Translations under genes and position numbers: made by a program
Part shown: positions 19,670 through 32,777 of the stretch, one piece after another
Position numbering within the stretch: position 1 is the first letter of the stretch
How the letters are laid out: each line of letters begins with the position of its first letter
Origin: Opitutales bacterium
GTDB taxonomy: Bacteria; Verrucomicrobiota; Verrucomicrobiia; Opitutales; Coraliomargaritaceae
Assembly: GCA_049598495.1 (NCBI GenBank)
Contig: JBMYNR010000016.1
Span: 1 to 32,778, forward strand
Direction: 5' to 3'
Length of the DNA stretch: 32,778 nt
Notes under the pieces: model-generated
The model's input: the letters and a program-made list of their open reading frames with translations, nothing else
Databases searched by the model: none
Told to the model about the DNA's origin: nothing

Positions 19670-21622
19670 ATGAGCCAGTTCGACGTGCATCGCGGGGAAA
19701 ACCCGCGCATTCTCTTCTCCTTTTGGATCGTCATGGTTTGCAGCCTTGTGTTGGTTCTCGGGCTTGGCTGGCGGCAACTTATCGCAGCGCAGAAATACGA
19801 AGAGATTGAGAAGCGCCAGACCGAGCGGCGCATTCTTAAGCCGGGGCCGCGTGGCGACATCTACGACCGCAAAGGAAATCTTCTGATTGGGAACAGACCG
19901 CATTATTCTGCTGTGGTCTATTTAGATGATCTGCGGCGCGAATTTCGCTCTGAGTATTCGAAGATTATCCGGGCCGAACGTGAGCATCTCCGCGAAGTAT
20001 ACGATTCGCTGCCACAGGACGTCCGCGACGAGAAAGACCTTATCCCGAATTACAACGAGTTGCAGTGGGTGGCGCGGCAGAATGTAATTCAGCGCTACAT
20101 TGACGAGATCAATGCCATCACGGGACGGGATGACACGATGACGACAAGAAAGATCATTCGTCATTTCAACGAGCAGTTGCTTCTCCCTCTTTCATTGGTC
20201 GATGATCTGAATTCCGACGAATACGCACGTTTAATCGAGCAGATACCGGTCCAATCGCCTATTCAGATACATACCGATACGGCTCGCTATTATCCTTATG
20301 GAGCGGCCGCCGCCCACACACTAGGCTATGTCCAGAATGTGTCGCCCGATGGTGATGAGATTCCTGACGACGGCATCAAGACCTTCACCTTTAAGACAAA
20401 GCAGGGAAAGACCGGGCTAGAGCGCCATTTTGATACGCACCTCTCCGGTCAGACTGGTACGGAAATGTGGCGGGTCGATCCGTTGGGGTTTCAGGATTCT
20501 CTCCTCGAGATCGAAACGCCGAAACAGGGACAGGACCTTATCACGAGTATCGACATCGACTTACAGCTTGCAGCTGAAACCGCGCTTGGGGAGCGTCGGG
20601 GTGCTGCGATAGCGCTGGATGTCGCGACCGGAGAGGTGCTGGCTATTGCCAGTCATCCGAATTACGACCTCAACGATTTGAGCCCTTTCATCCCGCGTAA
20701 GACCTTCGATGCGATTAATGAGCGGGGTGCCTGGCTTAATCGCACGCTTCAATTGTCCTATCCGCCGGGTTCGACGTTTAAATTGATTACCTCGATTGCC
20801 GGCATGCGCCACGGCACGATCACCGATCAGACTGAGCACGACTGCCAAGGTGTTTATCGGGTTGGGAATCGCATCTTCCGTTGTCATGCGCGCTTCGGAC
20901 ATGGTGTCGTCGATGAGGCCTCGGCGATCGAGGGAAGCTGCAATGTGTTTTACTACGCGGAGGGGTTGCGAATGGGGATCGACGTTCTCAGTGCCGAGGC
21001 CAGACGTTTCGGTCTCGATGAAAGGACGGGCATCGAGGTGCCTTTCGAGACCGGTCGGCTTGTCGTCCCGACCAAGCAATGGAAACGGGAACGGGTTGGT
21101 GCTGGTTGGGTGCCTGGGGACACGGCAAATACTTCAATCGGTCAGGGCTTTCTCCTGGTGACGCCTCTACAGATGGCGACGCTGATCGCCTCCATCGCGC
21201 GCGGGGAGACACGCACTCTACCGACGCTTCGTGCCCTGACTGCCGAGGAGGCTAAGCGAGTTGATCATGGTGGCGAGCCCATTGGATTAACGCAGGCACA
21301 ACGAGCTGAACTTTGGGAGGGTATGGAACGAGTCGTCGGCTCTAAGGGCACCGGTCGACTTGTCGGGATAGATGGCCTGCGGATAGCAGGTAAGACCGGG
21401 ACTGCGGATTTCCGTGCTCACGGTGAAGAGGTTAATCTCGCCTGGTTCGTTGGTTTCGCGCCCGTGGAGAATCCCCAAATTGCCGTTGCGGTTATGGTTG
21501 AGGGCAGCAATCCCGGTGATAGCTTCCACGGCGGTTCGACTGCGGGGCCGGTCGCGAAGGATATCTTCCTCGAGTTTATCGAACATTATCCCGAGCGTGC
21601 CGGCTTCCCCGTGGCTCAGTAA
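19670..21622 (+). CDS. mrdA: Penicillin-binding protein 2 (class B transpeptidase)
   Basis: N-terminal [21 protein letters not shown] (SxxK), SCN, KTGT. Confidence 0.93.
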   Translation: MSQFDVHRGENPRILFSFWIVMVCSLVLVLGLGWRQLIAAQKYEEIEKRQTERRILKPGPRGDIYDRKGNLLIGNRPHYSAVVYLDDLRREFRSEYSKIIRAEREHLREVYDSLPQDVRDEKDLIPNYNELQWVARQNVIQRYIDEINAITGRDDTMTTRKIIRHFNEQLLLPLSLVDDLNSDEYARLIEQIPVQSPIQIHTDTARYYPYGAAAAHTLGYVQNVSPDGDEIPDDGIKTFTFKTKQGKTGLERHFDTHLSGQTGTEMWRVDPLGFQDSLLEIETPKQGQDLITSIDIDLQLAAETALGERRGAAIALDVATGEVLAIASHPNYDLNDLSPFIPRKTFDAINERGAWLNRTLQLSYPPGSTFKLITSIAGMRHGTITDQTEHDCQGVYRVGNRIFRCHARFGHGVVDEASAIEGSCNVFYYAEGLRMGIDVLSAEARRFGLDERTGIEVPFETGRLVVPTKQWKRERVGAGWVPGDTANTSIGQGFLLVTPLQMATLIASIARGETRTLPTLRALTAEEAKRVDHGGEPIGLTQAQRAELWEGMERVVGSKGTGRLVGIDGLRIAGKTGTADFRAHGEEVNLAWFVGFAPVENPQIAVAVMVEGSNPGDSFHGGSTAGPVAKDIFLEFIEHYPERAGFPVAQ

Positions 21623-21675
21623 AGGATGTAAGTCAACTGCAACATTTGTCCCATGTCGAGCAAAGCGGATTGGCC

Positions 21676-25383
<3,708 letters not shown>

Positions 25384-25388
25384 TTTAT

Positions 25389-25416
25389 ATATCAAGATAT
25401 CATTATATCTTGATGC
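25389..25416. promoter_or_regulatory. Palindromic operator at the metH start (SahR/ArsR-type box candidate)
   Basis: Perfect 10-bp inverted repeat atcaagatat-catt-atatcttgat (25391-25414), 7 nt from the metH ATG. Confidence 0.7.
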
Positions 25417-25531
25417 GTCATTGCAAGTACGGAGTCGTTCTTTTGTCGCTTGCGATCGGTGGCCCGTCCTGCAATTTAGAGAACGCAGTTAGAGATTGGA
25501 CGAAACCTTAAATTGTGCACATATAGAGGGT

Positions 25532-26140
25532 ATGAATGTTGATGCTCGGATCTCCAATGAGTGGCGTAAGCGGATGCTCTTCATGCTCTTTATGATTCTA
25601 GGGAGCGGTGCGTGGTTTCTATCAGATGGCTGCATTTATTGGCCCAAGGAGCAGCAGCGCTATGTTGAGTTCACTGAGATTCGGGGAGAACTCGAGGCCC
25701 TGGGCAAACCCGTTGATGATGAAAGTCACGAGCTTCGGATGGCCTGGGAGCGTCATGCGCGTGAGTCCGGCTACAAGCGCAAGTTTCCCAAGGAGCGGAC
25801 GGACGCAAAAGTTCGGGAGCAAATCCTGATAGGCTCTATAATGCTGGCTGGCGGTGTGCTTTTTGCCGCTTGGATCGTCTGGAATCACACCCGAAAGGTG
25901 ACGGTCGAGGGCGAGGTCGTGACCGGAGCTAGTGGGGAACAGGTCATGCTGGATTCGATTTTTAAGATCGACCGAAAGAAATGGGAGAAAAAGGGGATCG
26001 CCTACGCCATTTACGAAGAGGCGGGCAAGCAGAAGCGACTTACACTCGACGCTTACAAATTCGAGGGATGCGAGGCGATCATCCTTGAGGCCGAAAGACG
26101 GATCAAGGCACGGGGCCCTATTGTGGCTGAGTCCGATTAG
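25532..26140 (+). CDS. Hypothetical membrane protein (2 TM helices plus soluble C-terminal domain)
   Basis: Hydrophobic segments MLFMLFMILGSGAWFL and ILIGSIMLAGGVLFAAWIVW; divergent from metH. ATG 25532 chosen. Confidence 0.8.
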   Translation: MNVDARISNEWRKRMLFMLFMILGSGAWFLSDGCIYWPKEQQRYVEFTEIRGELEALGKPVDDESHELRMAWERHARESGYKRKFPKERTDAKVREQILIGSIMLAGGVLFAAWIVWNHTRKVTVEGEVVTGASGEQVMLDSIFKIDRKKWEKKGIAYAIYEEAGKQKRLTLDAYKFEGCEAIILEAERRIKARGPIVAESD

Positions 26141-26211
26141 GAACTAGCCTTTTTGTCATGTAATCGGCTCTAATACCAAATCTGTGCATTGTTATACTGC
26201 GCGGAATTTTA

Positions 26212-28323
26212 TTATCGACCCTGCGCTCTCAGCATTGCGCGTTGTGCTTCTTCCAGACGGTTCATCTTTTGGTAGGCTAGCGAAAGATTATACCAAGCTC
26301 GGAAAAACTGAGGTTCCATCGCGACGGTCTCTTCGAGATAGCGGATCCCTGTCTCCAGATCGCCGGATTCAGCGGCCAGCAGACCGAGGGAGTATGGGAA
26401 ACGAGCTTCCCCGGGCGCGAGCTCCCAGCCTTGAAAGAGTCTGGAGCGTGCCTCCTTGTTGAGGCCTGCGGTGCTGAGCAGAATTGCGGTTTGATGGTAT
26501 ATTTCCGGGTTGACGGAATCGAGGCTGATTGTGCGGTCGACAAGTTTGAGCAGCTCTTCGACCTTCTCTTCGCGAGCCGCATCATAGGCGAGCATCATAA
26601 GGCTCTGAGGGCGGTCGGCATTGAAATGGACATAGTCGGACCACTCCTGGGCTGCGACCCCTTCTGGGATCGGCGTGTTTCTGGATGTGAGTCCACGACT
26701 TGCCGCGATACGGACAGCGCGTGAGCGATCACTCAGCTTCTCGATGAGAGTCTCTCCTCCGTTCTCTGTCATGGCCAAGCCCTCGGTGGCGCGTATCCGC
26801 ACCATTGGATCCTCGTGATCCAGGAGCTTGCGTAGATGTGCTTCGGCTTGTGAGTTGGGGAGGTAGTCGGCAAGGAGGCCCGCGTAGGTGGCCTGCCAAG
26901 CGGGGATGTCTTCCTCGTCTGCTAGAGAGAGGAGCTCGTGCAAGCCTGCAGGGTCGAAATCGTAGGCCTTGGTGATGGCACGCGCACGTGCGCGCTGGCG
27001 ACTCTTCGCGAGGGCTTTGCCATACCAGCGCTCGGAGTGTTCAACTGCCCAGTCAACGCTCTGATCGTTGTGGCACTTATTGCAGGCATTGGGAATGCCC
27101 AACTCTTTAGTCATAAGCGGATCGGGCGAGTGGAAGCCGTGGTCGGCCCGCCAGTCAGTCTGCATGTAGGCCGTTTTCGACATATGGCACTCGACGCATT
27201 GATTGCCCGTGCTTCCTTCCGGGTGAAAGCTGTGTTTTACCGGTTCGATAATGGGCGCTTCCATCACACCTGTCTGGTGGCAGCGCATGCAAAGCATGTT
27301 GTTTTCGACGGGCAGGATGCGCTCAAGACTATGTGGGTTGTGACAATCAAGGCAGGTCACGCCCGCGTGGTTCATACGGCTCATTTCGAAGGATGCATGG
27401 ACAAAGACCTCATCGAGGATTTGCCCGTCCGCATAGTAAAGGCCTCGCTGGTCAGGAAGAGAAACGGAGAAATGATCGTGGTAGGCATCGCCCGGTTTGA
27501 AGGCGTCTGCAGTCAACTGGTCGCGCCGCGAATGGCAAGTTGCACAGTTTTGCTCGACCTGCTCGCGGTCGAGTTCGGGAATGGTCGATACGTATCCTGG
27601 ACTGCGGGCAGCGATCACATGTTCCTTTAGCCCCGTGTGGCACTCGGCACAGGCAAGCCCCTGTTGTGTCCATTTAGAATGATACACATTGGATTCTAGA
27701 TCGAAGCCCTTCTCGAACTCAGTCGTATGGCAGTAGGCGCAATTCGAATTCCAGTTCATGCCCTGACCGGTCCAGTGTCCCCATTCACCCGGCATCCGAT
27801 CCTGGCCGGCGAAGACATCAATCCATCGATCGTTGATCACATCGTAGGTCGCGCTGATGGTTTGGAAACGGTTGCCAGGTAGGTGAGCCAGATATTGCCG
27901 GATCGGGGTCTCACCAATGACACCGACGAGGTCATATTCAATCGTCTCGCCGTCCTTCTGAAGGACATGAAGCTTGAAGGCGTCCCCATCTTGGAGCATT
28001 CGGTAGGTGACCCCTGATTCTTTGAGCTCGCGTGTCCCCATAAACGCTGTGGCGTCGAGTTCCGCTGAGACAGGGCGATTGGCCTTGGCATGGTGACTTT
28101 TTCGCCACTCGGTGACCTCTTCTGCGTGGCATTCCACACAGGCTTCTGGTCCGATTTGTGCCATCCGATCAGGATTGTGAGAATACGGGAATAGGGTAGT
28201 CGATCTCTCACGAGAGACTTCCGCTTCAGTGGCTTTATAACCTGTATTGGAAGAATCACTACATCCTGTGAGAATGGAGAGTGCTGCTAATGCGGCTGAA
28301 ACAGCTGAACTTTCTTTGCCCAT
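26212..28323 (-). CDS. Octaheme cytochrome c lipoprotein with C-terminal HEAT/TPR-like repeats
   Basis: Eight CxxCH motifs (CVECH, CAYCH, CAECH, CATCH, CLDCH, CMRCH, CVECH, CNKCH); lipobox ILTGC 21 aa after ATG 28323; HEAT-like LLDHEDPMVRIRA and LSDRSRAVRIAA; TPR-like YSLGLLAAE..P..AWYNLSLAY. Confidence 0.88.
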   Translation of the reverse strand: MGKESSAVSAALAALSILTGCSDSSNTGYKATEAEVSRERSTTLFPYSHNPDRMAQIGPEACVECHAEEVTEWRKSHHAKANRPVSAELDATAFMGTRELKESGVTYRMLQDGDAFKLHVLQKDGETIEYDLVGVIGETPIRQYLAHLPGNRFQTISATYDVINDRWIDVFAGQDRMPGEWGHWTGQGMNWNSNCAYCHTTEFEKGFDLESNVYHSKWTQQGLACAECHTGLKEHVIAARSPGYVSTIPELDREQVEQNCATCHSRRDQLTADAFKPGDAYHDHFSVSLPDQRGLYYADGQILDEVFVHASFEMSRMNHAGVTCLDCHNPHSLERILPVENNMLCMRCHQTGVMEAPIIEPVKHSFHPEGSTGNQCVECHMSKTAYMQTDWRADHGFHSPDPLMTKELGIPNACNKCHNDQSVDWAVEHSERWYGKALAKSRQRARARAITKAYDFDPAGLHELLSLADEEDIPAWQATYAGLLADYLPNSQAEAHLRKLLDHEDPMVRIRATEGLAMTENGGETLIEKLSDRSRAVRIAASRGLTSRNTPIPEGVAAQEWSDYVHFNADRPQSLMMLAYDAAREEKVEELLKLVDRTISLDSVNPEIYHQTAILLSTAGLNKEARSRLFQGWELAPGEARFPYSLGLLAAESGDLETGIRYLEETVAMEPQFFRAWYNLSLAYQKMNRLEEAQRAMLRAQGR

Positions 28324-28373
28324 CGTCGACCAAGACAGGCATGCAGCAAGGCCTTGGCAATTGAAATTCGTAC

Positions 28374-28403
28374 AAAAAAGCACCGCTCGAATGGAGCGGT
28401 GCT
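28374..28403 (-). terminator. Intrinsic terminator of tkt
   Basis: agcaccgctc-gaatg-gagcggtgct 10-bp stem with an A6 run on + (U tail on -), 22 nt after the tkt stop. Confidence 0.85.
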
Positions 28404-28425
28404 GAGTGAAACTTATTGCCTGATG

Positions 28426-30399
28426 TTAGAGTAACTCTTTGGCGGTTGCGACGACCTTCTCGGCGTTGATACCAAGCTCATTCATGACGGTGCCGCCCGG
28501 AGCTGAGATGCCGAAACGATCGATGCAGACCGTCTTTCCGGTCAGACCGACGTATTGCCCCCAGGTGTTGGAGACGCCGGCTTCCACGGCAACTCGTGCG
28601 GTGCAGTTGCTCGGCAGGACGCTTTCAATGTAATCGGGGCTCTGGCGGGCGAAACGCTCAAAGCTCGGCAACGAGACCACACGCACGCCCTCGTCCAGTT
28701 CCTCAGCAGCGACCATGGCGTGCTGGAGTTCGGAGCCGGTAGCCATGAGGATGAGCTTGAGCTTCCCGGTTTCCCTTTTGGCGATATATCCACCCTGAAG
28801 CACACCTTCGCGGCGTTCTTTAATCGAGAGCTTGTCTTGTGCTGGCACGTTTTGGCGCGTGAGGATAAGTGCGGTTGGTCCGTCTTCGCGCTGAGTCGCT
28901 GCGGCGAAAGCGCCAGCGGTTTCTTCGGCGTCGGCAGGGCGAATCACGTCGAGATTAGGGATGACGCGCAGGCTGCTGACGGTCTCCACCGGTTGGTGAG
29001 TCGGGCCATCTTCGCCAACACCGACGGAATCGTGCGTGAAGATATAGGTAACCGGCAGCTTGGCCAGTGCGGCGAGCCGAATGGAGCCGCGCAGGTAGTC
29101 GGCAAAGACGAGGAAGGTGGCGCCACTGATTTTGAAGATACCATCGTAGGCGATGCCGTTGCAGATCGCGCCCATGCCATGTTCGCGGATACCGAACCAG
29201 ATGTTACGTCCCTCAAAATTATCGGGACCGAAATCGCCGCCTTCCTTGATGTAGTTTTTGGTCGAACCGTAGAGGTCGGCAGACCCGCTGATTACGCTGG
29301 GCACGGCCTTGGCGACGGCCTGCATCACAGTGCCTCCAGAGGCGCGAGTCGCAGCATTGCTGCCCGCTTCGAACTCAGGAATCAGCTCAAGGAGATTGGC
29401 GGGAACCTCGCCAGTGAGTTCTGCCGCGAGTGCCGGATTGGCCTCGCTCCAGGCAGCGAAGGTTTGTTCCCATTCGGCGTAGGCCGCAGCGCTGGCTTTC
29501 GTTACTTCGGCAAAGTGCGCGCGCACATCTTCGGAGACATAGAAGGTTTCTTCGGGAAGGCCGAGACCCTTGCGGGCTGCTTCGGCGTATTTGGCTCCGC
29601 CTTCACCGTGGCCGGCGGCGGTGCCTTCGACTTCGGGGATACCCTTTCCGATGGTGGTCTTCGCAATGATGACCTTGGGCTTGCCGTTGTCATTGGCTTT
29701 GGCGTTAACGATCGCTTCAGATAGAGGGCCGAAATCATGGCCGTCGACAGTCACGGCATCCCAGCCCTGTGAAGCGAAGTAGGCTTCCGCGTCCTCGCTT
29801 TGAGTGCGGTCGGCCATCGCGTCTAAGGTGACATCGTTCGAGTCGTAGATCAGGATGAGGTTATCCAGTTGATTATGACCTGCAAACGCGATGGCTTCCT
29901 TGGCGACGCCTTCCTGTAGGCAACCGTCACCGTGCAGCGCGAAGACATGGTGATCAAAGATGGTGTGCTCGTCGGTGTTGAACCTGGCAGCCGCGCGTTT
30001 CCCGGAGAGAGCGTAGCCGACTGCGTTGCCGATCCCTTGGCCAAGGGGCCCGGTGGTGGCTTCGACGCCAGCGGTATCGCCGAACTCAGGATGTCCTGGG
30101 GTTTCCGAGCCGAGTTGGCGGAAATTCTTCAACTCGTCAAGGGCGAGCTCGTATCCGGACAGGTGGAGCCAGGAGTAGAGGAACATGGAGCCATGGCCGC
30201 CGGAGAGTATGAAACGGTCTCGGTTGGGCCATTTGGGGGCAGCCGGATGGTAGCGGAGACCGCCTGCACCATAGAGAATGGCGCCGATTTCCGCGCAACC
30301 GAGCGGCAAGCCGAGGTGGCCGGAACTGCAGGCGTGGATCGCGTCGATCGCAAGGCCGCGTGCCTGGGTGGCTGCATTTGTGAGTACTTCAGTTTTCAT
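28426..30399 (-). CDS. tkt: Transketolase
   Basis: [61 protein letters not shown]. Confidence 0.98.
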   Translation of the reverse strand: MKTEVLTNAATQARGLAIDAIHACSSGHLGLPLGCAEIGAILYGAGGLRYHPAAPKWPNRDRFILSGGHGSMFLYSWLHLSGYELALDELKNFRQLGSETPGHPEFGDTAGVEATTGPLGQGIGNAVGYALSGKRAAARFNTDEHTIFDHHVFALHGDGCLQEGVAKEAIAFAGHNQLDNLILIYDSNDVTLDAMADRTQSEDAEAYFASQGWDAVTVDGHDFGPLSEAIVNAKANDNGKPKVIIAKTTIGKGIPEVEGTAAGHGEGGAKYAEAARKGLGLPEETFYVSEDVRAHFAEVTKASAAAYAEWEQTFAAWSEANPALAAELTGEVPANLLELIPEFEAGSNAATRASGGTVMQAVAKAVPSVISGSADLYGSTKNYIKEGGDFGPDNFEGRNIWFGIREHGMGAICNGIAYDGIFKISGATFLVFADYLRGSIRLAALAKLPVTYIFTHDSVGVGEDGPTHQPVETVSSLRVIPNLDVIRPADAEETAGAFAAATQREDGPTALILTRQNVPAQDKLSIKERREGVLQGGYIAKRETGKLKLILMATGSELQHAMVAAEELDEGVRVVSLPSFERFARQSPDYIESVLPSNCTARVAVEAGVSNTWGQYVGLTGKTVCIDRFGISAPGGTVMNELGINAEKVVATAKELL

Positions 30400-30570
30400 A
30401 TTTTCTGTCTGTGTCGATTCCCGTGAATCGGAGAGTCATTATTTCCAAAGGACTCGACGATGGGCGGATGGCAGGTGAAGGGAAGTCAAAATAGTCTTGT
30501 TTGCATGAAAATCACTCATCCGGCTCATTCAAATCTCGACTCCCCTGTTGCCTCGTTCTAGCCCAGTGGA

Positions 30571-30996
30571 ATGACGCACGAAGAATTAGAAGAGGGAAAT
30601 GCCCTCAATCTGGACTTTACCAAGCTCCGCAAGGTCGCGAATTGCGAGGCGGATGTGCTGCCAGCAGTGGCACAGGATGCGCATAGCGGGGAAGTCCTCA
30701 TCGTGGGCTATGCGAACCAGCTTGCCTTGGAGACTGCGCTTAAGGAAGGTATGGCGACATTCTGGAGCACCAGTCGTAATGAGCTCTGGCTCAAGGGAAA
30801 GACGAGTGGTGACTACCTCAAGCTGGAGGAAGTGCGCGTGAACTGTGAGCAAAACTCCATCCTTTACCTAGTGACGCCGGCCGGTAGCGGCTCTTGCCAT
30901 ACGAAGAATAAGGACGGTGTGGCGCGCTCCGGTTGCTACTATCGCCGCCTGAAAGAGGACGGCAGCCTCGAGTTTGTCGATCCTGCGCAGGTCTGA
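30571..30996 (+). CDS. hisI: Phosphoribosyl-AMP cyclohydrolase (stand-alone, divergent)
   Basis: LPAVAQD, FWSTSRNELWLKGKTSG, Cys..SCHT..GCYYR zinc ligands. Confidence 0.85.
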   Translation: MTHEELEEGNALNLDFTKLRKVANCEADVLPAVAQDAHSGEVLIVGYANQLALETALKEGMATFWSTSRNELWLKGKTSGDYLKLEEVRVNCEQNSILYLVTPAGSGSCHTKNKDGVARSGCYYRRLKEDGSLEFVDPAQV

Positions 30997-31054
30997 ACGT
31001 CAGCGCTTTTCGCGTTGACCCGATGAGGGGAGGCGCGCATCTATGCCGTCATTC

Positions 31055-31129
<75 letters not shown>

Positions 31130-31220
31130 CGCATCGCTCTTCGAGCTACGCGTGGATGCCGAGTTGCGGGTCCATACTAAAGGGGGCGGGTCTAGGCCAA
31201 AGATTGGAGTCGAGGGCTCT

Positions 31221-31724
31221 TTAGTATGTTTTTAATGCATTGGCTTCAGCTTGGGCTGCTCTGGTACGAGCCTCTGCCTCTTCGATACGACGCTGACGCT
31301 CGATTGCTTCAGCCCGCTCTTTTTGTTTACGGCGCAACTCATTTTCAGCTGCTATAGCGCGCTGCTCAGCTTCTAAAACTTCTTGATCAGTCACGTTGTA
31401 TCCACGAGCAATGTCACGCTCAGTCTCGGCCTTGCGAATAATCGCTTCTTGCTCACGCACACGCGCCTGTTCCTGAGCCTCACGCTTATCTTGGGATTGA
31501 CCGATCATACCACCGAGGGCCGCTCCAGTTGCTGCTCCAATTATAGCGCCGTCTTCTGGCTCGCCTGATTGATTGCCTATAATTGCTCCAGCGATGCCAC
31601 CCAGTATTGCCCCCGATGCGATGCCTTTATCCGTATTCGGACCTGTCGTCTCACAGCCAACAAAGACTAGAGATGACATAACAGTAACAAGAGCTATAGT
31701 TTGTGTAATTGTATTTTTCATCAT
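31221..31724 (-). CDS. Glycine-zipper lipoprotein with coiled-coil C-terminus
   Basis: Signal peptide ending VFVGC; GAILGGIAGAIIG and GAIIGAATGAALGGMIG glycine zipper; E/R/Q/A-rich helix. Confidence 0.85.
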   Translation of the reverse strand: MMKNTITQTIALVTVMSSLVFVGCETTGPNTDKGIASGAILGGIAGAIIGNQSGEPEDGAIIGAATGAALGGMIGQSQDKREAQEQARVREQEAIIRKAETERDIARGYNVTDQEVLEAEQRAIAAENELRRKQKERAEAIERQRRIEEAEARTRAAQAEANALKTY

Positions 31725-31788
31725 TATTTCCCTTTGATGTATCCTTATCACGTCCATCGCGGCGTTGCAAGTCTTCAGCTGCAGGTGC

Positions 31789-31849
31789 CACAATTGGAGG
31801 TTGAGTGTTCACTATTGCGCCTGATGGAGGGACGGAGCCTCCAATTGTG
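31789..31849. repeat. 12-bp perfect inverted repeat with 37-nt spacer
   Basis: cacaattggagg (31789-31800) and cctccaattgtg (31838-31849). Confidence 0.8.
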
Positions 31850-31961
31850 ACCCTCTTTAGTCCGTCGTGTAGGCGGAGCTCTCTGCGGCTAAATCGGGTC
31901 GGCTTCGTTGCTCGTGGATGCCGAGTTGCCTTTACCGGCTTTCTCGCCCAAGTTGAGATCC

Positions 31962-32555
31962 ATGTTTACAGGGATTGTAGAGGAAACGGGGGCGGTCGTC
32001 TCCTTTGAAGAGCGCGAGAGTGCATGGCGTCTGGTGTTGGAAGCGCATGAGGTGACGAAGGACCTGCAGATCGGCGACAGCGTGGCGGTCAATGGTTGCT
32101 GCCTCACGGCGGTGGCCTTTTCGGAAGACCGGATTGAATTCGATCTGCTCGAAGAGAGCGTGCGGCTGACCTCAATCAATGGCATTGGCTCCGGGGGGAA
32201 GGTCAACCTCGAGCGGGCTCTCCTTCCCAGCACTCGGATGGGTGGCCACTTCGTTTCCGGGCATGTTGATGGCACGGGTGTGATCGAAGCGATTGAGCCA
32301 CGCGGAAAGGATTTCTTTTTTCGGATTAAGCCGCCAGCGGAGAGTCTCCGTTACATCGTCCAGAAGGGTTGCATTACGGTGGATGGCATCTCGCTGACGG
32401 TCGCCGAGGTGGATGATGCAGGTTTCGCCATTTGGTTGATCCCTCACACCATGGAAGTGACTAATTTGCACACGAAGAAGGTCGGCGATCGCGTCAATTT
32501 GGAGTATGACTTGATCGCGAAATATGTGGAGAAACTGTTCGCGCGGGATGGATAA
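31962..32555 (+). CDS. ribE: Riboflavin synthase (alpha chain; ribE, called ribC in E. coli)
   Basis: MFTGIVEE N-terminus, [46 protein letters not shown]. Confidence 0.96.
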   Translation: MFTGIVEETGAVVSFEERESAWRLVLEAHEVTKDLQIGDSVAVNGCCLTAVAFSEDRIEFDLLEESVRLTSINGIGSGGKVNLERALLPSTRMGGHFVSGHVDGTGVIEAIEPRGKDFFFRIKPPAESLRYIVQKGCITVDGISLTVAEVDDAGFAIWLIPHTMEVTNLHTKKVGDRVNLEYDLIAKYVEKLFARDG

Positions 32556-32559
32556 TCGG

Positions 32560-32707
32560 GTAGGGCGCGATCGCTGTTCCGAGCTGGCGGCACGACTGAT
32601 CCCAATGAATCGGACCACGCGCCGTTTGGCAAACGATACTGAGTGCCCATATAATTTGGATTGTCCTATGCTGCCAAACGGCGGTTGTTCCGGTTCGCAT
32701 CACGCCC
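32560..32707. repeat. REP/REPIN-like nested inverted repeat starting with GTAG
   Basis: Outer arms gtagggcgcgatcgc (32560-32574) and degenerate gcatcacgccc (32697-32707); inner perfect 12-bp IR cgccgtttggca (32620-32631) and tgccaaacggcg (32672-32683). Confidence 0.55.
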
Positions 32708-32723
32708 GGTTGTGTCGTCCCGC

Positions 32724-32777
32724 TTAACCCGAATATTGCACCAGTTTGTTGCTGTCGTTCTTTATCTTGTTACGGGA
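32724..32777 (-). CDS. Possible C-terminus of a gene entering from beyond the window (...SRNKIKNDSNKLVQYSG*)
   Basis: Short open frame on the - strand from the window edge to TAA at 32724-32726; too short to verify. Confidence 0.25.
   Translation of the reverse strand, partial: SRNKIKNDSNKLVQYSG

Noticed and set aside
25384..25531. SAM or cobalamin riboswitch for metH
   Set aside because: The spacer is short and shows no S-box or B12-box consensus; a DNA palindrome explains the region better.
26938..27630. 230-aa + strand ORF, and similar antisense ORFs such as 8748..9497 and 18293..18916
   Set aside because: Antisense shadows of well-supported genes with no recognisable domains.
28555..29724. 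389-aa ORF on the + strand
   Set aside because: It lies entirely antisense to transketolase and has no motifs; a shadow ORF from codon bias.
31725..31961. FMN riboswitch upstream of riboflavin synthase
   Set aside because: The conserved RFN sequence blocks are not present.
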